Assembly: GCA_964453265.1 (NCBI GenBank)
Contig: CAYVNU010000003.1
Coordinates: 3,957 to 67,956 of the forward strand
DNA from: an uncultured Candidatus Saccharibacteria bacterium
GTDB lineage: Bacteria > Patescibacteriota > Doudnabacteria > UBA920
Length of the DNA: 64,000 bases
Direction of reading: 5' to 3'
A model generated the notes under the pieces. It saw only the letters and a list, made by a program, of their open reading frames with translations. It had not been told where the DNA came from and ran no database searches. Within the stretch, counting starts at the first letter, position 1. Each line of letters opens with the position of its first letter. Made by a program: the position numbers and the translations under genes. Shown here piece by piece: positions 1 through 11,097 of the stretch.

Positions 1-953
1 ACACCTTTTATTTTTCCAAGTTCATTAATTAAAATCTTTCTTCTCAATTTATATTCTTTAACAATTTTTTTTACATAGCCTGAGCTATTGGAAATTAGTT
101 TACTTGCCGCAAACTGCTCTAAGGTCGGAACACTCAAACGAGCTTGAGCAAATTTTAAAACCGCCCTCATAACTTCCAAATTAAAACTTGCCACACAACC
201 CAACCTTGCTCCGGGAATGCTGAATCTTTTTGAAATGCTATCGCAAACAATTACTCTGTCCCTAAACGTTGCATTACTTAAAAGACTGTTAGGTCTTTTA
301 TCATCAAAGCGAATCTCTCGATAAGTTTCGTCGGATATAACAAACAAGTTTCGTTTTTTTGCAACACTTAAAATCATTTTGAGCTCTGAACTATTCCATA
401 ATTTACCTGTTGGATTATCAGGATTAATAATTACAATGGCTTTGGTTTTTTTTGTAATTTTACTTTCAATAAATTTTTTATCAGTTAATAAAAAATTATT
501 ATCTATCCTGAGCAAAACAGGCACGAGCTTGATTCCGCTCATGACAGAAAAAGATTTATAGGAAACATAGAGCGGTTCAAAAACTATTATTTCATCACCG
601 GGATCTGCAACCGCCTGCATAGCAAACATAATTGCCTCAGCACAACCCAAAGTTGGAACAATATTTTCAGGTTGTAATTTTACACCCCACTGTTCATAAT
701 ATTTTCTCCACGCAGAAATATGCTGAAGAGAACCGGAACTAGGAGCATAACCCAACTGTTTTTCTCTATTTACATATTTATTTATTTCTTTAAAAAAAGT
801 TTTTGGGATCATCAAGTCAGGATCGCCAACATTTAATTTATGAATATAAACACCCCGCTTCTCAGTTTCGTTAATCAACGGTAAAAATTTTCTTATCGGA
901 GAAGCGATGACATTTTGTGCTCTTTTTGAAATTTTCAATTTGTTATTTTTCAT
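1..953 (-). CDS. PLP-dependent aminotransferase, class I/II (C-terminally truncated by window edge)
   Basis: Reverse-strand ATG at 951-953; translation MKNNKLKISKRAQNVIASPIRKF... contains NPDNPTG and SKRFSIPGARLG (PLP-lysine) motifs typical of aspartate/aromatic aminotransferases; not in ORF track because it runs off the window. Confidence 0.75.
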   Translation of the reverse strand, partial: MKNNKLKISKRAQNVIASPIRKFLPLINETEKRGVYIHKLNVGDPDLMIPKTFFKEINKYVNREKQLGYAPSSGSLQHISAWRKYYEQWGVKLQPENIVPTLGCAEAIMFAMQAVADPGDEIIVFEPLYVSYKSFSVMSGIKLVPVLLRIDNNFLLTDKKFIESKITKKTKAIVIINPDNPTGKLWNSSELKMILSVAKKRNLFVISDETYREIRFDDKRPNSLLSNATFRDRVIVCDSISKRFSIPGARLGCVASFNLEVMRAVLKFAQARLSVPTLEQFAASKLISNSSGYVKKIVKEYKLRRKILINELGKIKG

Positions 954-1051
954 AAAGTATATTTTATCTTTAAATTATAAGCAGTATACCATAACCAAGT
1001 ATCAATTTTAAATGCCTCAGCCAAAAGGCTGAGGCATTTAGTCAATGCATA

Positions 1052-4000
1052 TTATTCTGCTAACTCAATACCATCTGAAAGTGCCGCTGATTCTTGCGCT
1101 TGTAAATTGCTTCTGGCAATATCCTCAGAAAAACCAGTACCAGCAGGAATCAACTTGCCAATAATAACATTTTCTTTTAAGCCTCTTAAATAATCAGTCT
1201 TTCCAGTAACAGCAGCTTCTATTAACACCCTGGTAGTTTCTTGAAAACTTGCGGCAGCTAAGAAGCTTTCTGTATTCAACGAGACTTTAGTAATACCCAT
1301 TAATAGCTGGTCAGCCTGAGCTTTTTTCTGGCCATTTTTATCCAACTGTTCGTTAATAAAATTCAGCTTTGATTTATCAACTATTTCTCCAGTGACGAAC
1401 TGGCTATCGCCAGATTCGGTTATGCGCATTTTTGAAAACATTTGACGCACAATAACTTCAATATGTTTGTCATGAATATTCTGACCTTGAGAAACATAAA
1501 TATCTTGGACTTCTTTAACAATATACTTTTGTGCTTCTTGAGTACCTCGTAATTCCATAATTTGACCTGGGTTTAAATTACCTTCAGTCAACTGTTGACC
1601 CTTTACAACCAAGTCGCCATCTTTAACAGTTAAAGAAAAAGATGTTGGAATTACATATTCTTTTACGGCATCACTTTCATGCACAACAATAATCTTGTTT
1701 TTTTCTACTCGAACAATACCACCCTCTTTGGCTTTTATAGCCTTACCCACTTCATCTATATAAAGAGTTTCGCCTGTTGAAACTTTACTACCATCTTTTA
1801 TAGCGCTTTGAGTATTGCCCAAATCATAACTGTCTTTTTGTACATCCGCGCCTTGAATACTAATTAAATATTCTTTATTATTTGGTTTTGCAATATATAC
1901 TTGTCCATCAATTTCACTAACTGTCGCCTGACCCTTAGGTTCCCTAGCCTCAAACAACTCCTCTACGCGAGGCAAGCCTTGGGTAATATCTTTAACCGAT
2001 GCACTACCTCCGGTATGGAAAGTACGCATTGTCAATTGAGTACCAGGCTCACCAATTGCCTGAGCCGCAACAATACCGACCGCTGCCCCGAGCTTAACCA
2101 TGTCATTAAAACCTAAATCATAGCCGTAACAAAGTCTACAAATACCCCGAGTAAGCTTACACTTTAAAACGCTACGACATTTCACTTCTGTAATCCCAGC
2201 TTCAACAATAGCTTTTGCCATAAAATCATCCATCCCCTGATTTTTCTCAACAATAACTTTTCCGTCTTTGTCTTTTACTATCTCAGCGGACACGCGTCCG
2301 AACAACCTTCTATCAAAAGCCTTATTCATCCTCTCACTGTCAGCTAAATTGATAAAATCAAAATCTTCAGTGCCACAATCTTCAGCGTTTACAACAATAT
2401 CTTGCGCAACGTCAACCAAACGCCTAGTTAAGTAACCGGCATCAGCGGTTCTAAGCGCAGTATCAGACATACCTTTACGGCTACCGTGAGTGGAAATAAA
2501 ATATTCCAAAACCTGCAAACCTTCCTTAAAAGAACCTTTAACCGGAAGTTCAATAACATCACCAGCCGGGTTTACAACCAAACCTTTCATACCGGACATC
2601 TGAGTAATTTGTGAAAAAGAACCTCTGGCACCGCTCGACACGAAATAATTAACACTGCCATGCTCAGTTACCGTATGCGTAACGCTTTTGGCAATTTTTT
2701 CGGAAACATCCGCCCAAATTTCCACAACTCTGTTTTTTCTTTCTTCTTCAGTCAAAAGACCTTCTTGAAATTGCTGGTAAGTAGATTCAACTTCTGTATC
2801 AGCCAATTTAAGCATGTCATATTTAGTGCCCGGCACTAACAAGTCATCCATACCCCATGACAACCCTGACTTTTTCATGTAGTAAAAACCTGTGCGCTTT
2901 ATTTCATCAATTAATTCTGCGGTCTTATCATTACCCAAAGTACGATGAGCTTCTCTAACTAAAGCCTGTAATTTCTTTTTATCAAAATTTTCATTTCTAA
3001 AACCAAGTGAAGGCGGCACGACTTTGTTAAAAATCAAACGACCGACGCTGGTTTCAATCATCTGTTCTTCTCCGCCAGAGTCAGATCCGGCTGATTGATG
3101 AAAGCTTTCGGCGGACATTCTCACCTTTACCTTAGCTTGAATATGAACAAAACCACTATGATAAGCCAAAACCGCTTCTTGGGCAGAAGAAAAAACTTTA
3201 CCTTCACCCAAAGCACCATCTCTAATTTTTGTAATATAGTAACAACCTACAACCACATCCTTGTCCGGAGTCATAACCGGATCACCGGAAGCAGGCTTAA
3301 GCAAGTTATGAGCGGAAACCATAATTTCTCTGGCTTCTTTTTGAGCCGCTTCTGTCAACGGTACATGAACAGCCATTTGGTCACCATCAAAGTCAGCATT
3401 AAAAGCCGCACACACCATCGGGTGAAGTTGAATAGCCTTGCCTTCTATTAATACTGGCTGGAAAGCTTGGAAACCCAAACGGTGCAAGGTCGGAGCACGA
3501 TTAAGCAAAACATAATGATCTTTAGTAACTTCTTCTAAAATATCCCAGACTTCATTTCTTGCCTGCTCAATTAACCTATTTGCGCTGCGAACATTATGCG
3601 CATATTCACGAGCAATTAATTTAGAAATAACAAAAGGCTTAAACAATTCAAGAGCCATAATTTTAGGCAACCCGCATTGATGAAGTCTCAAATGAGGACC
3701 TACAACAATAACGCTGCGCCCGGAATAGTCAACGCGCTTACCCAAAAGGTTTTGCCTAAAACGCCCTTGCTTACCCTTAAGCATGTCAGCCAAGCTTCTA
3801 AGTTTTCTTTTTTGTCCGGTACTGGCCGTTACTTCTTTCCCATGTCTAATACTGTTATCAATTAAAGCATCTACAGCTTCCTGTAACATGCGTTTTTCAT
3901 TTCTCGTAATAACTTCCGGCGCCTTAATTTCTAAAAGTTTCTTTAAACGATTGTTGCGGTTAATAACCCTGCGATATAAATCATTCAAATCAGAAGCCGC

Positions 4001-4990
4001 AAAACGTCCGCCGTCTAATTGCACCATAGGACGAAGATCCGGAGGAATTACCGGCAAAGAACTAATTAACATCCATTCCGGCCTTAATCCGGAATTTATT
4101 AAAGACTTAATTAATTTTAAACGCTTTAGAACTTTTCTCTCAGCCTGGCCTTCAAGTTCAGGTAACTCAGCCTGAAGCTCTGCTGCCAGACTTTCCAAGT
4201 TAACTTCTTCCAAAAGTCCTCTTAAAACTTCAGCACCGCTTCCGGCTGAAAAAACCGGTCCATATTTTAATGACAAATCTCTGTATGCTAACTCACTTAT
4301 AACCTGCATTTTTTTAATACTCTTTAACTCACTTCTGGCCTGATCTCTAATAGTTTCAAGAGCATCAAGTTCCTTACTCCATGCATCTTTAAGCCGAGTT
4401 ACCTCAGCATCAATTTCAGCCTGTAACACATCTAGATCCTTGCCGGACTTTTGATTATTGGCACTCTTTGCCTTACCAATCAAACTTTCAAATTTATCTT
4501 CAATTTCTTTTTTCTTAACTTTAAATTCTCTTTCAATTTGTTCTACAGTATTAATACGCGCTTCTTCATCTACATTAGAAATAACATAAGCTGCAAAATA
4601 TACAACTTTTTCAAGTTCTTGAACACCTAAATCTAGTACCAACCCTAAACGGGAAGGAACTCCACGCAAAAACCAAATATGAGCAACTGGCACTGAAAGT
4701 TTAATATGCCCCATGCGCTCTCGCCTAACGCTGGATTTGGTAACTTCCACGCCACACTTATCGCAAACAATGCCTTTATATCTAATTCGTTTGTACTTAC
4801 CACAATAGCATTCCCAGTCTTTAATCGGGCCGAAAATTTTCTCGTCAAAAAGACCATCTTTTTCAGGACGCTGAGTCCTATAGTTAATAGTCTCTGGCTT
4901 TGTAACTTCACCATGCGACCAATTTAAAATTGTGTCCGGGCTGGCCAGTCTTAATCTTACACCTTTGAAATCTTCTGTTTGGGTTAACAT
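1052..4990 (-). CDS. rpoC: DNA-directed RNA polymerase subunit beta'
   Basis: 1312 aa; NADFDGDQMAVHVP catalytic motif, zinc-binding CxxC cluster at the N-terminus, immediately downstream of rpoB. Confidence 0.97.
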   Translation of the reverse strand: MLTQTEDFKGVRLRLASPDTILNWSHGEVTKPETINYRTQRPEKDGLFDEKIFGPIKDWECYCGKYKRIRYKGIVCDKCGVEVTKSSVRRERMGHIKLSVPVAHIWFLRGVPSRLGLVLDLGVQELEKVVYFAAYVISNVDEEARINTVEQIEREFKVKKKEIEDKFESLIGKAKSANNQKSGKDLDVLQAEIDAEVTRLKDAWSKELDALETIRDQARSELKSIKKMQVISELAYRDLSLKYGPVFSAGSGAEVLRGLLEEVNLESLAAELQAELPELEGQAERKVLKRLKLIKSLINSGLRPEWMLISSLPVIPPDLRPMVQLDGGRFAASDLNDLYRRVINRNNRLKKLLEIKAPEVITRNEKRMLQEAVDALIDNSIRHGKEVTASTGQKRKLRSLADMLKGKQGRFRQNLLGKRVDYSGRSVIVVGPHLRLHQCGLPKIMALELFKPFVISKLIAREYAHNVRSANRLIEQARNEVWDILEEVTKDHYVLLNRAPTLHRLGFQAFQPVLIEGKAIQLHPMVCAAFNADFDGDQMAVHVPLTEAAQKEAREIMVSAHNLLKPASGDPVMTPDKDVVVGCYYITKIRDGALGEGKVFSSAQEAVLAYHSGFVHIQAKVKVRMSAESFHQSAGSDSGGEEQMIETSVGRLIFNKVVPPSLGFRNENFDKKKLQALVREAHRTLGNDKTAELIDEIKRTGFYYMKKSGLSWGMDDLLVPGTKYDMLKLADTEVESTYQQFQEGLLTEEERKNRVVEIWADVSEKIAKSVTHTVTEHGSVNYFVSSGARGSFSQITQMSGMKGLVVNPAGDVIELPVKGSFKEGLQVLEYFISTHGSRKGMSDTALRTADAGYLTRRLVDVAQDIVVNAEDCGTEDFDFINLADSERMNKAFDRRLFGRVSAEIVKDKDGKVIVEKNQGMDDFMAKAIVEAGITEVKCRSVLKCKLTRGICRLCYGYDLGFNDMVKLGAAVGIVAAQAIGEPGTQLTMRTFHTGGSASVKDITQGLPRVEELFEAREPKGQATVSEIDGQVYIAKPNNKEYLISIQGADVQKDSYDLGNTQSAIKDGSKVSTGETLYIDEVGKAIKAKEGGIVRVEKNKIIVVHESDAVKEYVIPTSFSLTVKDGDLVVKGQQLTEGNLNPGQIMELRGTQEAQKYIVKEVQDIYVSQGQNIHDKHIEVIVRQMFSKMRITESGDSQFVTGEIVDKSKLNFINEQLDKNGQKKAQADQLLMGITKVSLNTESFLAAASFQETTRVLIEAAVTGKTDYLRGLKENVIIGKLIPAGTGFSEDIARSNLQAQESAALSDGIELAE

Positions 4991-5050
4991 AAAAAGTAAA
5001 AATTAAATTTATTATTCCGAAGTTTTTAGAAATTAATTGACACTGAAATG

Positions 5051-8000
5051 TTATTTTTTCTTTTCTTTCTTATATTTCTTGCTGTCTTTTTTAATTTCAT
5101 CTGCAAACAAAGATGCATCGGGCACCTGCTGAGCTTGCATAACTTCTCCCGGCACAATAATCTCCGACTCTTCGGAAGCTGAACTTACTACACCACCTTC
5201 TCCAAGCAATTCAACATCCAAACACAAGCTTTGTAATTCCTTAACCAATACCCTAAAGCTTTCCGGAACGTTTGGCTTTTTTATAGGCTCGCCTTTTACA
5301 ATCGCTTCGTAAGTTTTACTTCTACCAACCACATCGTCCGATTTAATCGTTAACATTTCCTGCAAAGTATGAGCCGCACCATAACCTTCAAGCGCCCAGA
5401 CTTCCATTTCTCCAAACCTCTGTCCGCCGAATTGAGCTTTACCACCAAGTGGCTGCTGAGTAATTAAGCTGTACGGACCGGTGCTGCGAGCATGCATTTT
5501 ATCATCTACCAAATGATGAAGCTTAAGCATATAAGCAACTCCAACCGTTACTTTTTCATCAAATTTTTCTCCGGTTTTACCATCGTACAAAACTACTTTT
5601 CCGCTTTCAGAAATACAACTCTTTTTTAGTTCCTCTTTAATTTGAGTTTCCGAAATACCGTCCAAAACCGGCGTAGCAACATTATAACCAAGTCTTCTTG
5701 CAGCCATACCTAAGTGAGTTTCCAAAATCTGTCCCAAATTCATACGACTAACCACACCAAGAGGATTTAAAATTAAATCCACTGGCGTGCCGTCTTCCAT
5801 AAATGGCAAATCTTCTACCGGGATAATTTTAGAAATAACGCCTTTGTTTCCGTGCCTACCGGCCATTTTGTCACCCACCTGAATTTTTCTAAGCACAGCA
5901 ACAGATACTTGAATAGAACGAATTACTCCAGATGGCAATTTGTCCCCCGCGTCCCGGCTAAATTCTCTTATATTCACAACCTTACCGTATTCGCCGTGAG
6001 GCAAAGTCAAAGAAGTATCTTTTACATCGCGAGATTTTTCACCGAAAATTACACGTAAAAGTTTTTCTTCTGCTGTTAAATCAGTTTCGCCTTTTGGCGT
6101 AATTTTACCTACTAAAATGTCGCCGGCCTTAACCTGTGCGCCAATACGTATCACGCCAGTTTCATCTAAATCTTTTAATTTTTCTTCGCCCACATTCGGA
6201 ATATCCCTTGTAACCTGCTCCGGTCCAAGTTTGGTATCGCGCACATCTATTTTAAAATCGTCAATATGAATTGAAGAATATAAATCTCTTTGTACCACTC
6301 TCTCGGAAACTAAAATAGCATCTTCATAGTTTCCACCTTCCCAAGACATGAACGCCACTAAAACATTTTGCCCCAAAGCCAATTCTCCATTATGAGTCGA
6401 GGCACCGTCTGCCAACAAATCGCCTTTCTTAACCTTTTGTCCTTTAAATACTCTGGCAACTTGGTTTATAGAAGTTGCTGAGTTGGTTCGCAAAAATTTT
6501 AATAAATGATATTCTTTTTTCTTGCCTTTTTCTCCGACTACCACAATTTTATCGCCCATAGCAGAAACTACTTCACCATCTTCTTCGGCTAAAATAACCT
6601 GTCCGCTATCTCTGGCCGCTTTGCCTTCCATACCGGTACCAACAAAAGGCGCGTCCGGCCTTATGCAGGAAACTGCTTGACGTTGCATGTTGCTTCCCAT
6701 AAGCGCACGGTTTGCATCGTCATGTTCCAAAAACGGAATAAGCGAAGTAGTTACGGAAATAATTTGTTTTGGCGATACGTCTAAACAATCAATATCATCT
6801 GTCGCCGCAATACTCGGAACGCTCCGAACACGCACACTGGACCTGGCTGCTTTAAAGTGTTCATTTTCGTCAATTTCAATATTAGACTGCCCAATTACTA
6901 ACTTTTCTTCTTCGTAAGCATCTAAGTAAATAATTTTTTCAGTCACAACCGGCTTTATTCTAATTTCTAAAAGCTGATTGTTCTTGGCAATTTCTTTTGC
7001 TTGTTTTTCAGTAATCTCATGTCCAGCAGAAACCACTAAACCACCTTTTTCATCTTTAACATCATACAAAGAAATTTGGCCAACCGCGGCTTTACCGTCG
7101 TTCTTAACAGCTTTCTTTACCAACCTATATGGAGTTTCTATAAAGCCAAAATCATTAACCCGAGCATAGGTTGCTAAGTGAGCAACAAGTCCAATGTTAG
7201 GACCTTCCGGCGTGGTAATAGGACATAGTCTGCCGTAATGGCTTCTGTGCACATCTCTAACTTCAAAACCCGCGCGTTCCCTGGAAAGTCCACCCGGACC
7301 CATTGCAGAAAGCCTGCGCTTGTGTTCTAACTCAGCCAATGGATTTGTTTGGTCCATGAATTGTGACAATTGCGAAGATGAAAAGAATTCCTGCATAGTC
7401 GCAACTACCGGTCGCACATGAATTAACTGCGCCGGGGTAACAGTTTCCAAATCTGCTAACGACATTCTGTCTTTAGCAATTCTCGCCATACGAGCCAAAC
7501 CGACTCTAAATCTTGTCTGGATTAATTCCCCCACTGCTCTAACGCGTCGATTAGCCAAATGGTCAATATCATCCGGCGTGCCTTGAGTAATATTTAAACG
7601 AATAATTTCTTTTACAACTAAAATTAAATCTTCTTTAGTTAAAAGCCCGCTTTCATTACCCGAAACATTTAAGCGTTGATTAAATTTATAGCGACCGACA
7701 GCAGACAAATCATATCTATCTGCCATAAAAAACATTCCGCTAATTAAAGAGCGGGCATTATCAACCGTAGCTAAATCTCCCGGACGAATTCTTTTATAGA
7801 CTTCTTTAAAACCTTCATCAGCGTTCGTTGAAGCATCTTTTTCCAAAGTATTTTGAATGTATTTTACATCCGGGTCAGTATCTACATCCGTAAAAGCAGC
7901 CAAAATTTCTTCATTGCTAGAAAGGCCGAAAACGCGCAACAAAGCAGTAATAGGTATTCTTCTTTTTCTATCGATTTTTACACCAATCACACCGGCCGCG

Positions 8001-8536
8001 TCAGTATCAAGTTCAAGCCATGCGCCACGGTTAGGAATAATTTTTCCACCATAATACTGCTTACCGCGAATACTTTCTGCGGAGAAAAATGCGCCCGGGG
8101 ATTTTATAAGCTGATTAACAACAACACGCTCCACACCATTTATAATAAAAGTGCCTCTGGGGGTCATTAACGGAAAATCACCAAAATACACATCTTGTGT
8201 TTTTGTTTTTCCGGTAACTTTGTTTATTAATTTCGCGCTTACGTACAAAGGAGCTTCAAAAGTCGTATTGCGCTCTCTTGAGGTAAATTCATCATACTTG
8301 CTCTTGTCAAAAAAATAATCGCCAAAGTAAAGCTCTAAATTTTTTCCGGTAAAATCACGAATAGGATTCACTTCACCCAAAAGTTCCTTTAAACCCTTTT
8401 CTAAAAACCATTTATAAGAATTTAATTGCACCTCAATTAAATTCGGCAACAAGGCTTCCTCGTGCCTATTTATAAAATATTTTCTGACTTTAACATCCTG
8501 TTTTTCGCTGGCAACTACCTGAGTATTTTTTGACAT
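5051..8536 (-). CDS. rpoB: DNA-directed RNA polymerase subunit beta
   Basis: 1161 aa; conserved beta-subunit blocks ([28 protein letters not shown]), rpoB-rpoC tandem. Confidence 0.97.
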   Translation of the reverse strand: MSKNTQVVASEKQDVKVRKYFINRHEEALLPNLIEVQLNSYKWFLEKGLKELLGEVNPIRDFTGKNLELYFGDYFFDKSKYDEFTSRERNTTFEAPLYVSAKLINKVTGKTKTQDVYFGDFPLMTPRGTFIINGVERVVVNQLIKSPGAFFSAESIRGKQYYGGKIIPNRGAWLELDTDAAGVIGVKIDRKRRIPITALLRVFGLSSNEEILAAFTDVDTDPDVKYIQNTLEKDASTNADEGFKEVYKRIRPGDLATVDNARSLISGMFFMADRYDLSAVGRYKFNQRLNVSGNESGLLTKEDLILVVKEIIRLNITQGTPDDIDHLANRRVRAVGELIQTRFRVGLARMARIAKDRMSLADLETVTPAQLIHVRPVVATMQEFFSSSQLSQFMDQTNPLAELEHKRRLSAMGPGGLSRERAGFEVRDVHRSHYGRLCPITTPEGPNIGLVAHLATYARVNDFGFIETPYRLVKKAVKNDGKAAVGQISLYDVKDEKGGLVVSAGHEITEKQAKEIAKNNQLLEIRIKPVVTEKIIYLDAYEEEKLVIGQSNIEIDENEHFKAARSSVRVRSVPSIAATDDIDCLDVSPKQIISVTTSLIPFLEHDDANRALMGSNMQRQAVSCIRPDAPFVGTGMEGKAARDSGQVILAEEDGEVVSAMGDKIVVVGEKGKKKEYHLLKFLRTNSATSINQVARVFKGQKVKKGDLLADGASTHNGELALGQNVLVAFMSWEGGNYEDAILVSERVVQRDLYSSIHIDDFKIDVRDTKLGPEQVTRDIPNVGEEKLKDLDETGVIRIGAQVKAGDILVGKITPKGETDLTAEEKLLRVIFGEKSRDVKDTSLTLPHGEYGKVVNIREFSRDAGDKLPSGVIRSIQVSVAVLRKIQVGDKMAGRHGNKGVISKIIPVEDLPFMEDGTPVDLILNPLGVVSRMNLGQILETHLGMAARRLGYNVATPVLDGISETQIKEELKKSCISESGKVVLYDGKTGEKFDEKVTVGVAYMLKLHHLVDDKMHARSTGPYSLITQQPLGGKAQFGGQRFGEMEVWALEGYGAAHTLQEMLTIKSDDVVGRSKTYEAIVKGEPIKKPNVPESFRVLVKELQSLCLDVELLGEGGVVSSASEESEIIVPGEVMQAQQVPDASLFADEIKKDSKKYKKEKKK

Positions 8537-8933
8537 GTTTTGTTCCCCTCTATATATATGTTTAAAACAGAATATATAGGATATTATTTGCGCGCAAAAA
8601 CCAGAGCTCTTTATTAAACCTTAAAAAGAGCCTATTGTTTTTGGCTTATTGCTTGTAAATATTTTGCATTCGGGATAATCCCGGTAAAATTTAATGGCTT
8701 AATCTTACGCCTAAAGCGAGTTAATTAAGCTTGTGGTTTACAAATACTTCGTCCCCAAATCGAGTATTATATTTGCTTATCAATACTACATACTTTTAAA
8801 TACTTTGTCAACTCTTTTACTAAAAAAATCACAGAAATCAACCCTTATATCCTAAGTATTCTTAAAAAAACCATTTTTTCTAAACCAAAACAACTAATTT
8901 ACTCAATTATGTATGAATTATGTCAGAAATCTA

Positions 8934-8962
8934 TTGACAAACTATAAAAAAAGTGCTATAAT
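8934..8962 (+). promoter_or_regulatory. sigma-70-like promoter TTGACA-N17-TGcTATAAT upstream of ABC transporter operon
   Basis: ttgaca at 8934-8939, 17 nt spacer, tataat at 8957-8962 preceded by TGc extended -10. Confidence 0.6.
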
Positions 8963-9050
8963 AAGGTCTTTTCCCAATTTTGGCTTATTTGTAAGGATTT
9001 TAAATATTTGGTCATTTTAATAGCTTATTTACTGTGGTATAATTATTTAA

Positions 9051-10001
9051 ATGGAAAATGTCATTAACATCAAAAGTCTTAGCAAATCATACCCTTTTCC
9101 CAAGTCCAAAGGCTTATTTCAAGTTGTAAACAACATAAGTTTCTCTGTACAAAAGGGCGAAATTTTTGGCATTTTAGGGCCAAATGGTGCCGGCAAAACC
9201 ACAACTTTGGAAATAATTGAGTGTTTAAAGCCGCAAACTTCGGGTATTGTTGAAGTTTTAGGCTTTAATAATTTAAAAAACCCAGAAGAAATAAAAAAAA
9301 GAATTGGTATTCAGCTACAATCGAGCCAATATTTACACCATTTGTCATTAAATGAGCTTTTAAAGCTTTTTCAATCTTTATATTCTTCCCCTAACTCAGA
9401 CACCAAAAAAACCCCAAGCCATTTATTAAAATTGGTAAATTTAGAAGACAAGGCTAATGCGGAATTTAAAGACCTCTCCGGCGGACAAAAACAGCGTTTT
9501 ACTATTGCCACTTCTTTAGTCAATGACCCTGAAATCTTATTTTTGGACGAACCCACTACCGGCCTTGACCCAAAGGCGAGAAGAAACTTATGGGAACTTA
9601 TAAAAAAAATAAACTTAAGCGGCATTACCATAGTTCTTACCACTCACTATATGGAAGAGGCTGAATATTTGTGCAACCGCGTAGCTATAATGGACGAGGG
9701 CAAGATTTTAGAAACAGACGAGCCTAAAAAATTAATAGATAGGATTTCTACGACTACTCAAATTTCTTTTTTATCTACAAACCAAATAAACGAAAATATT
9801 TTTAAAGCCCTGCCCGAAGTTACAAAAGTTTTAAACAAATTTCCCAAAACTATTGTGGAAATATCTTCCCTAGACCATATTAACAAGGTGGTAGATATTT
9901 TAAAAACCAATCAAATAAATTTTTCCGGCTTCACAGTAAAAACTGCCAGCTTAGAAGATGTATATTTGGATTTAACGGGAAAGGAGTATGAAAATGAATA
10001 G
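9051..10001 (+). CDS. ABC transporter ATP-binding protein
   Basis: Walker A GPNGAGKTTT, ABC signature LSGGQKQR, Walker B ILFLDEPTTGLD; overlaps downstream permease start. Confidence 0.9.
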   Translation: MENVINIKSLSKSYPFPKSKGLFQVVNNISFSVQKGEIFGILGPNGAGKTTTLEIIECLKPQTSGIVEVLGFNNLKNPEEIKKRIGIQLQSSQYLHHLSLNELLKLFQSLYSSPNSDTKKTPSHLLKLVNLEDKANAEFKDLSGGQKQRFTIATSLVNDPEILFLDEPTTGLDPKARRNLWELIKKINLSGITIVLTTHYMEEAEYLCNRVAIMDEGKILETDEPKKLIDRISTTTQISFLSTNQINENIFKALPEVTKVLNKFPKTIVEISSLDHINKVVDILKTNQINFSGFTVKTASLEDVYLDLTGKEYENE

Positions 10002-10731
10002 TTTTAAAGAACTTTTCCTGGCCAACCTAAAAATTATTTTTAGAAATCATTCAGGACTTTTTTGGAGTCTAGCAGTTCCTTTGGGTCTATATATTGCCTT
10101 AGCGGTTTTACCTATTCCTAATTTGGGTTTTATAAGTTACAAAAATTTTGCCTTACCGGGAATAATAACCTACGTAATTATGCAAGGCGGTATTTATACT
10201 CTAGCCTACTGGCTAATTGACCTAAAAAGCCGTGGGGTAATAAAAAGGTTTTTGGCAACGCCAATTAAAAATAGCGAGTTAATATTAAGTGTTATTGCCG
10301 CGCGCCTTTGCGTAACACTTCTCCAGTCCGTTCTCATAACTTTGGTAGGCATAGTATTTTTTGGCGCTCAGTTCGCGGGAAACCTTATTTCGTGCCTGGT
10401 ACTTATTTTGCTTGGTAGCGGAATATTTTTATGTATTGGGCTTTTAGTTTCAAATTACGCCGGAAGTTACGAGGCCGCAGCGCCAATTACTTCAAGCATA
10501 GGCATGCCATTTGCCTTTTTAGGTAATTTATTTTTACCGGTTGTATTTTTGCCAAATATTTTACAAACAGTTTCTAAATTTTTACCAGTTACCTACCTAT
10601 CAGACGGCCTTCGGCAAGCCTATTTATATGCTTTTGATTTTGAAAAAATTGGTAAAGACATTTTAATTTTAAGCCTCTGGTTACTTGGTATTTTGCTAAT
10701 AACCCTTAAAGTTTTTAAATTAAAAGAATAG
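9988..10731 (+). CDS. ABC-2 family transporter permease
   Basis: 247 aa, six hydrophobic segments, translationally coupled to the ATPase (overlapping start). Confidence 0.75.
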   Translation: MKMNSFKELFLANLKIIFRNHSGLFWSLAVPLGLYIALAVLPIPNLGFISYKNFALPGIITYVIMQGGIYTLAYWLIDLKSRGVIKRFLATPIKNSELILSVIAARLCVTLLQSVLITLVGIVFFGAQFAGNLISCLVLILLGSGIFLCIGLLVSNYAGSYEAAAPITSSIGMPFAFLGNLFLPVVFLPNILQTVSKFLPVTYLSDGLRQAYLYAFDFEKIGKDILILSLWLLGILLITLKVFKLKE

Positions 10732-10734
10732 TAT

Positions 10735-10769
10735 AAAAAAACTCTCCGCTACGAGCGGAGAGTTTTTTT
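10735..10769. terminator. bidirectional rho-independent terminator
   Basis: ctctccgct-acga-gcggagag hairpin flanked by A-run upstream and T-run downstream, between convergent genes. Confidence 0.7.
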
Positions 10770-11093
10770 GACTAAATATTTTATTGGAATATTCCAGGCC
10801 ATACTTAACGCCTGCCCCACCGCAGCGGCTATCCGCAAACCCGTAAAACTACCCTGGCCTTTGTATACAATAATCTTTTTAAGCTCAATTTTTGGATCTT
10901 TAATCTTATTTGATTTCAAAAATATATCCAAGTCATTTAGAATTTCCGAACTTTCACGAGGCTTCACGGCAAAAGACTTCTGCTTGTCTTTTTTCCCCGA
11001 TTTAGATAGTTTAAATACTAACTTTCCATATTCAGCGGTATCGATCTGCAGGATATTTTTGTCAATTTTGTTCATTTTTGTCATTTTTGTCAT
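10749..11093 (-). CDS. tsaB: tRNA t6A biosynthesis protein TsaB-like (short, N-terminal domain only)
   Basis: KGQGSFTGLRIAAAVGQALSMAWNIPI matches the GPGSFTGxRIG core of TsaB/YeaZ; only 114 aa; N-terminus encoded by a 9-bp tandem repeat. Confidence 0.55.
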   Translation of the reverse strand: MTKMTKMNKIDKNILQIDTAEYGKLVFKLSKSGKKDKQKSFAVKPRESSEILNDLDIFLKSNKIKDPKIELKKIIVYKGQGSFTGLRIAAAVGQALSMAWNIPIKYLVKKTLRS

Positions 11094-11097
11094 TTTT
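11060..11097. repeat. 9-bp tandem repeat (tttgtcatt x about 4) forming the overlap between Mur ligase C-terminus and tsaB-like N-terminus
   Basis: ttgtcaattttgttcatttttgtcatttttgtcattttt; encodes KNDKNDKNEQN in one gene and MTKMTKMNKIDKN in the other frame. Confidence 0.8.

Noticed and set aside
1901-8170. Multiple 60-130 aa ORFs antisense or out of frame within rpoC and rpoB
   Set aside because: Embedded in highly conserved essential genes, no motifs, no RBS
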